Positions 58,700-64,000 of a stretch of DNA of 64,000 nucleotides are shown in pieces (position 1 is the stretch's first letter; every line of letters begins with the position of its first letter). The notes beneath the pieces are model-generated. The model saw only the letters and a list, made by a program, of their open reading frames with translations, searched no databases and had not been told where the DNA came from. The DNA comes from the human T2T-CHM13v2.0 reference genome, Homo sapiens, in the NCBI RefSeq assembly GCF_009914755.1, contig NC_060940.1. One strand, written 5' to 3'. The translations under genes were made by a program, and so were the position numbers.

Positions 58700-59805
58700 A
58701 ATCAAGCCATCCCTGACCCACCAACACACTCTATGGAATAGATGCACCCCAAGGTTACCAATGACTCACTGGTTATTAACTCCAAAGGACATTATTAACC
58801 ATCCCCTCCTTCTTAAAATGCAATATTCCATTGCCTTCCATACCAGCAACACCTCTTTTTTTTCTACCTCTCTTGCTACCCCTTGTACATCTGACCTTAT
58901 TTCTCTTCTTCCATCTCTAAAATGTCCACTTTCTCCATCACAAGACCCCTCCTCATGTTTACACACTGTTTTTTGGCTTTAATTATAATCTACATACTAA
59001 TTATTCCCAATCCCTATCGCCATGTCAAATAGTGCTCCTGAGCTTCAGGCACACACAACTTGCTGCTGTGGACGTCTGTACCTGGATGTTCAACAAACAC
59101 TCCAAACTCACTGTCCTTTCCACTCCCTCCACTCCCTCCAACCAATGCTCATCCTTGGCTCCACCATCCACCTAATGGACTAGAATGGAAGCCTGGAAAT
59201 TATACCTTAACTCTTGTCTTTCCCTCAATCCCTACAGACCATCAATCAAGTTTTATTTCAGGAGGGGAGGGGAAACTGCAGCTGAAAATTACACTTTCAG
59301 CTACATGTGACCACATAACTATCTTCAGGCCAGTAGAAGAAAGCAGGATTGTATGGAACTTCCAGACAGCTGTTTATGGAGAGAATACTCAACTTTCACC
59401 CTTCTATCCTTACCTTTTTTTTTCCAGCATACCTGGTACTCTCAGAATGTCATAGAACATATCATATCAATCAACCCTGGTACTGCCTAACTCCAAACTT
59501 TATTTCATGTAAAATAAACCTGTTTTAAACCACTGTTATTGTACATTTTCCATTATATGCCACCAAACATAAGCTTGACTGATATACCAAATGTTGATTC
59601 TTTTTCAACCTTTCAATTGCATCCATTCCACTCCATCGCCATTACCACTCCCTTAGTTCAAGCCACCATCATCTTGTTTCAATTATTGAAACAGCACATT
59701 AACTGGCTGCCCTACTTCTATTCTTCCTCTAATCTAATCCACTGTTAACTTTGAAGGACAATCTGGGAATATGTATCAACAGCATTAAAAACGTTACCAT
59801 TCATC
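58700..59805 (+). mobile_element. L2 fragments (with a probable MLT1 insert at ~59260-59560)
   Basis: Pyrimidine-rich L2 motifs: ctcctgagcttcag, gttcaagccaccatcatct. Confidence 0.55.
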
Positions 59806-59810
59806 AAACT

Positions 59811-60612
59811 ACAGTTGACCCTTGAACAAAAGAGTTTGAATTGTGCAGGGGTTTGTCTTGCTTTTTTGTTTTGTTGTTGTTGTTGTTTGTTTGTTTTTTG
59901 TTTTTTGCTTTTGAGACAGAGCCTCACTCTGTCACCCAGGCTGGAGTGCAGTGGTGTGATCTCAGCTAACTGCAACCTCTGCCTTCCAGACTCAAGCAAT
60001 CCCCCAACCTCAGCCTCCTGAGTAGCTGGAACTACAAACACATACCATCATGCCCAATAATTTTCTGTATTCTTTTAGTAGAGATGGGGTTTCTCCATGT
60101 CACCCAGGCTGGTCTAGAATTCCTGGGCTCAAGCTATCCACCTGCCTTGGCCTCCCACAGTGCTGGGATTACAGGCATGAGCCACAGTGCCCGGCCTGTG
60201 CAGGTCATTTATAGGCAGATTTCCTTCTGCTTCTGCTATCCCTGAGACCACAAGGACAACCCCTCCCCTTCCTCCTCCTCCTCCTCAGTCTACACAATGG
60301 GAATGCCATGAAGATGGAAGACTTTTATGATTATCTACTTCACTTAATGAACAGAAAATATATTTTCTATTCCTTATGATTTTTCTTAATAAAATTTTCT
60401 CCACTTTAGCTTACTTTATTGTAAGAATAGAGTATATACTACATATAACATACAAATATATGTTCATCAACTGTTTATGTTATCAGTAAGACTTCCAGTC
60501 AACAGTATGCTACTAGTAGTTAAGTTTCTGGGAAGTCAAAAGTTATATGTGAATTTTCAACATCAAAGGGGATCAGTGCCCCTAATCCAAGTATTGTCCA
60601 ACGGCCAACTTT
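59811..60612 (+). mobile_element. Tigger2a (MER28), interrupted by an Alu
   Basis: TIR cagttgacccttgaacaa ... ttgtccaacggccaact; internal ccctgagac..cctcctcctcctcag. Confidence 0.85.
59850..60196 (-). mobile_element. AluJ with (TTG/TTTG) tail
   Basis: tcctgggctcaagc..; TSD tgtgcagg. Confidence 0.9.
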
Positions 60613-62363
60613 ATACAGCAATTTCACTGTATATGAAATTGTTTATGCTGAAGAAACTAGTAAGATATGCATACAAATACATAATTGTGTTTATGGATGT
60701 TCATAACATCAATATTTATAATGGTTTACAAATGGAAACTATCTAGATGTCCGATAACAGGGGATTAGTTATAGAAAACATGGTACATTCAAGGGAAAAT
60801 TAAACTGTCATTTAAAACTCATAACACAAAATAATATTTTAGCATTTGAGAAAATGCTTACCTACATTATCTATATATAGATATATATAGATATATAGAT
60901 ATTTAAGTGAAAATAAAATAGGTTACAAAGAATATGTACCCAGTATCCCGATTTGGTTTTTTTAAATTACATAAACATGTGTAGAAAACAAACCCAGTCC
61001 TACTTTTGTAACTACCCCCAAAAGCTAACATTTTAATTAATTCAGATATCACATTAGTATTTATTGAACATCAATTACATGCTAAATATATAACAATAGT
61101 TCTCTTAGATATTATTTCTTTTTTGCTTTCATTTTTTAGAGATGCTTTCAAAAACAGAAAAGATAATATTCTCAAGCAACTCCTAGAGAACACCATCATC
61201 CCTATTAACACTTCCCCACTGTACCGTAAAATACTTGTTTTCTTAACTATATCTCCCACTGGGCTCCTGGAGGACGTGATCATCATTGTTCCCCAAGTGC
61301 CTCTCATATATTTGGTGGTCTATAAATATGAAATAACAAATGAATGATGGTGCTATGAATTCAACCACACCCACACTTCTTTTCACCATCTGAGAGAAAC
61401 AGAAGGATCCAAATCTTGGTAATCTAAATGCATGCCTCCAATACAAAGATCTTTAATAATCACCAGGCCTGAACCACTTCTTAGCAATTGGCCAGGCTGC
61501 AAGGAGCCGTATCAACTCCTTACTAGGACAGCTTAAGCCCCTGAAGAAATTATCTCATGCACTAAGGAATGACCTGACATAAAAGCCTACTTGAAAATAA
61601 GCTGATGCCTGCCCAGAGGGAATAATTTAAAATAACTTTCAAGAGGTGGGAGAATCATATACTCATTCCATATTCATCAGGTGTCTTCTACGTGCCCAAG
61701 AATCAATCCAATCCAACTGATAACATTTTCTCTGAAGATAGCTGCCTCTTCAAATACTGGTACAGAGATTCAAGAAGCTGTACCACAGACCATCAGTTCT
61801 GCTAGTACATGTATTTCTTTGACAGGAATGACCTCAGGTGTGATTCGTAAATAGAGGAATGACGTCTGTGTGGGTTCATATGCAGTTTTTCCTAGCTTGT
61901 TTATACTTTGCAGCAATCAAGGTAAGCACTCTCACAGGGAAAGAGAAAGACTTAACAATGTGTGAAGACCTCAGAACAAAGCTGGAAATGCACTCAAGTG
62001 CCTTTCTTTAACATGAATAGTGGCTGATTTTCTAGCTTCAAGAACCACTATGCTTTCCACTATGTTGACCTCATGGCAAAACTGCAAGAACAGCTATGAA
62101 AACATTTCTCCTTATACAGATAAACGAAGAAGGCTACACCCTGGATCAGACTTAATTTCAATAAAATCGTCTCTCTTAGAAGCAAATGCCCTGTGCAATC
62201 CACAGAGACAAGAGGGAAGCAAAGCTCAATGTGGACACGGCAAAGGCTAGACCAACTTGCAAAAAAAGTTCCACAGCTCTTTAGCGGTCTGCCTCAATCC
62301 TGTTTTTCCCATAAACTCTGTTATTCTTAGTGGTGCGTGATTTTGCAGAATGCCAGGTGCAGA

Positions 62364-62455
62364 TAGAGTCAGCCCTCCATATCCATGGGTTCCACATCTG
62401 TGGATTCAACCAACCACAAACCGAAAAGATCCAAAAAAAAATGGATAGTTGTGGA
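62364..62455. mobile_element. MER2 (Tigger family) terminal fragment
   Basis: agtcagccctccatatccatgggttccacatctgtggattcaaccaacc. Confidence 0.8.
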
Positions 62456-62750
62456 CACTTCCCTACAGAGAGAGAACTGAGCCACCCCTACACACGGTTT
62501 TACCACCACCAAGAGGCCATGAGCTTGGGAAAGAAAAAGACAATAGAGGGTAACACTCAACAGAAGGACAACGAAGGTCACACAAGGGTACTTTATATAC
62601 TTAAACCAGTCTTCTGCTCACTGATTCAGTCAACAAGTAATTGAACGTACAAGCAGGTAGAAACCCAGAGAGAGACAAGAAAACTGAGAGCCTATCCCAC
62701 TGATTATTTCTTCCTGACACCCAAACATCTTAGCAAAAGATTGACTAGAA

Positions 62751-62960
62751 TCAGGTTGCAAACTCTAAAGTCTACTGGAGCCCAGTGAATGATTTAAGAA
62801 GAATGGGTGCCTGGTAATAGGGAGCAAGGGGACAGGGACAAGCTAGAGATCATATGCTCCATCTAAAAGTGTTCAAATCGTTTTTCTTATCTACCATTGA
62901 GCCAAGTCAAAATGCGTATGCAGCCTAGACCTGGCTCACAGGCTGCCACTCCATGGCCCC
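62751..62960. mobile_element. MER102-like hAT MITE
   Basis: caggttgcaaactc..tctactggagcc...aatagggag..ccatctaaa...caggctgcca. Confidence 0.55.
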
Positions 62961-64000
62961 TATGTTTAGCCGAATATAGACCAGGGCATCTGGCTAAGAA
63001 ATTTCACTTTCGATCCAGACAGATACCTGACTCTAAGACATAACCCAAAATTTAAAATCACCTTCCTATAAGTGATGGCTACAATGCACCAGAAGATGAT
63101 GAGAACTCCACTACAGGAGAAACAAACCAGAACTATCTATCAAGATCCAAGATTTTGGAACCTGAGCTTGATTTCTTATTTCTTCACTATGATTGAAGAG
63201 TGCTATTACATAAACAAAGTTTTCGTTTTCTGGTGTCTTTAAAAATCAGCACCTATTCCTAACAACTGCTTTATGGAGGTTCACTCTTTACAACTTAATT
63301 GTCTGAAATGCCAAAGAAAAGATGAAGAATCTCTACAATCCAAATCACACTTCACCATAAAGGCTCAAAGATAATGTCAGCAGACACACAGGTGAAATAT
63401 ATCAATTACAAACGTAAGAACTCTTGGCCCACTAAAAACGTGGTTTCTTGAGTAGAGATTGCGAGAAGCCATTTTATGTACACTTTAGTATAATATTTAA
63501 TGAAAGTAATAAACAGGTCTCATAATTTAGAATGAAATCTGTTTTCTTTTTTTCCTTTCAAGGCCAGTCAACATACACTGGATATTCCAATATTTTTCTT
63601 AAATCAATATGCTACTTTTTACCCACATAACAACTTTACAGTCAGAAATATATATGCTAATGTACACTTAGCACTTCTTAATTGTTCTTAAAGCTAAATT
63701 TGAACAATAAATTAAATTTCTCAGTATATGTTATGTAATGTAGACACAGGCTATAAAAATGTTGACATTCGTTATATTCTCGTAATGCAATTTAGCCCTT
63801 TTAGTAATGACTATGCAAATAATCAGCCATGGGAAAGCCATTTTCCATCTAGTACAATTACCTACTATCACAGAAGTAATTATTATTATTGTCCTCCTTA
63901 ACTGAAATTCTATAAAAACTCTTGAGATACTAAGATAGTTCCAAGGCCACCGTGAAAACTCTCCTCTTAACAGACTAATCTGGCAACGACAATTACCAGC

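Noticed and set aside
61226-61410. Two minus-strand acceptors (~61319 and ~61389)
   Set aside because: No convincing downstream donor and the translations match nothing I recognise.

Overview
Primate intronic DNA, probably from an Old World monkey (several AluY copies carry cercopithecid-type diagnostic changes). It is dense in interspersed repeats: ~16 Alu/FLAM elements, many L1 fragments of all ages (almost all on +), MIR/L2, hAT-Charlie and Tigger DNA transposons, and MaLR/ERVL LTRs. There is no prokaryotic system and no conventional multi-exon CDS; the listed ORFs are repeat-derived or chance. The L1 strand bias implies a host gene on the - strand. The best functional signal is an 18-nt frame-preserving microexon on the - strand (22548-22565) inside a repeat-poor block; it tentatively fits the long phase-2 intron of TTC28 (from memory, unverified). 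The most striking structural features are a 91-bp inverted triplication (DUP-TRP/INV-DUP-like hairpin, 24913-25219), a perfect 63-bp AT-rich palindrome, a tail-less Alu fragment inside MER82, a fold-back at an L1 5' end and a higher-order (GGAT)n array. Repeat subfamily names were recognised by eye and repeat boundaries are approximate.
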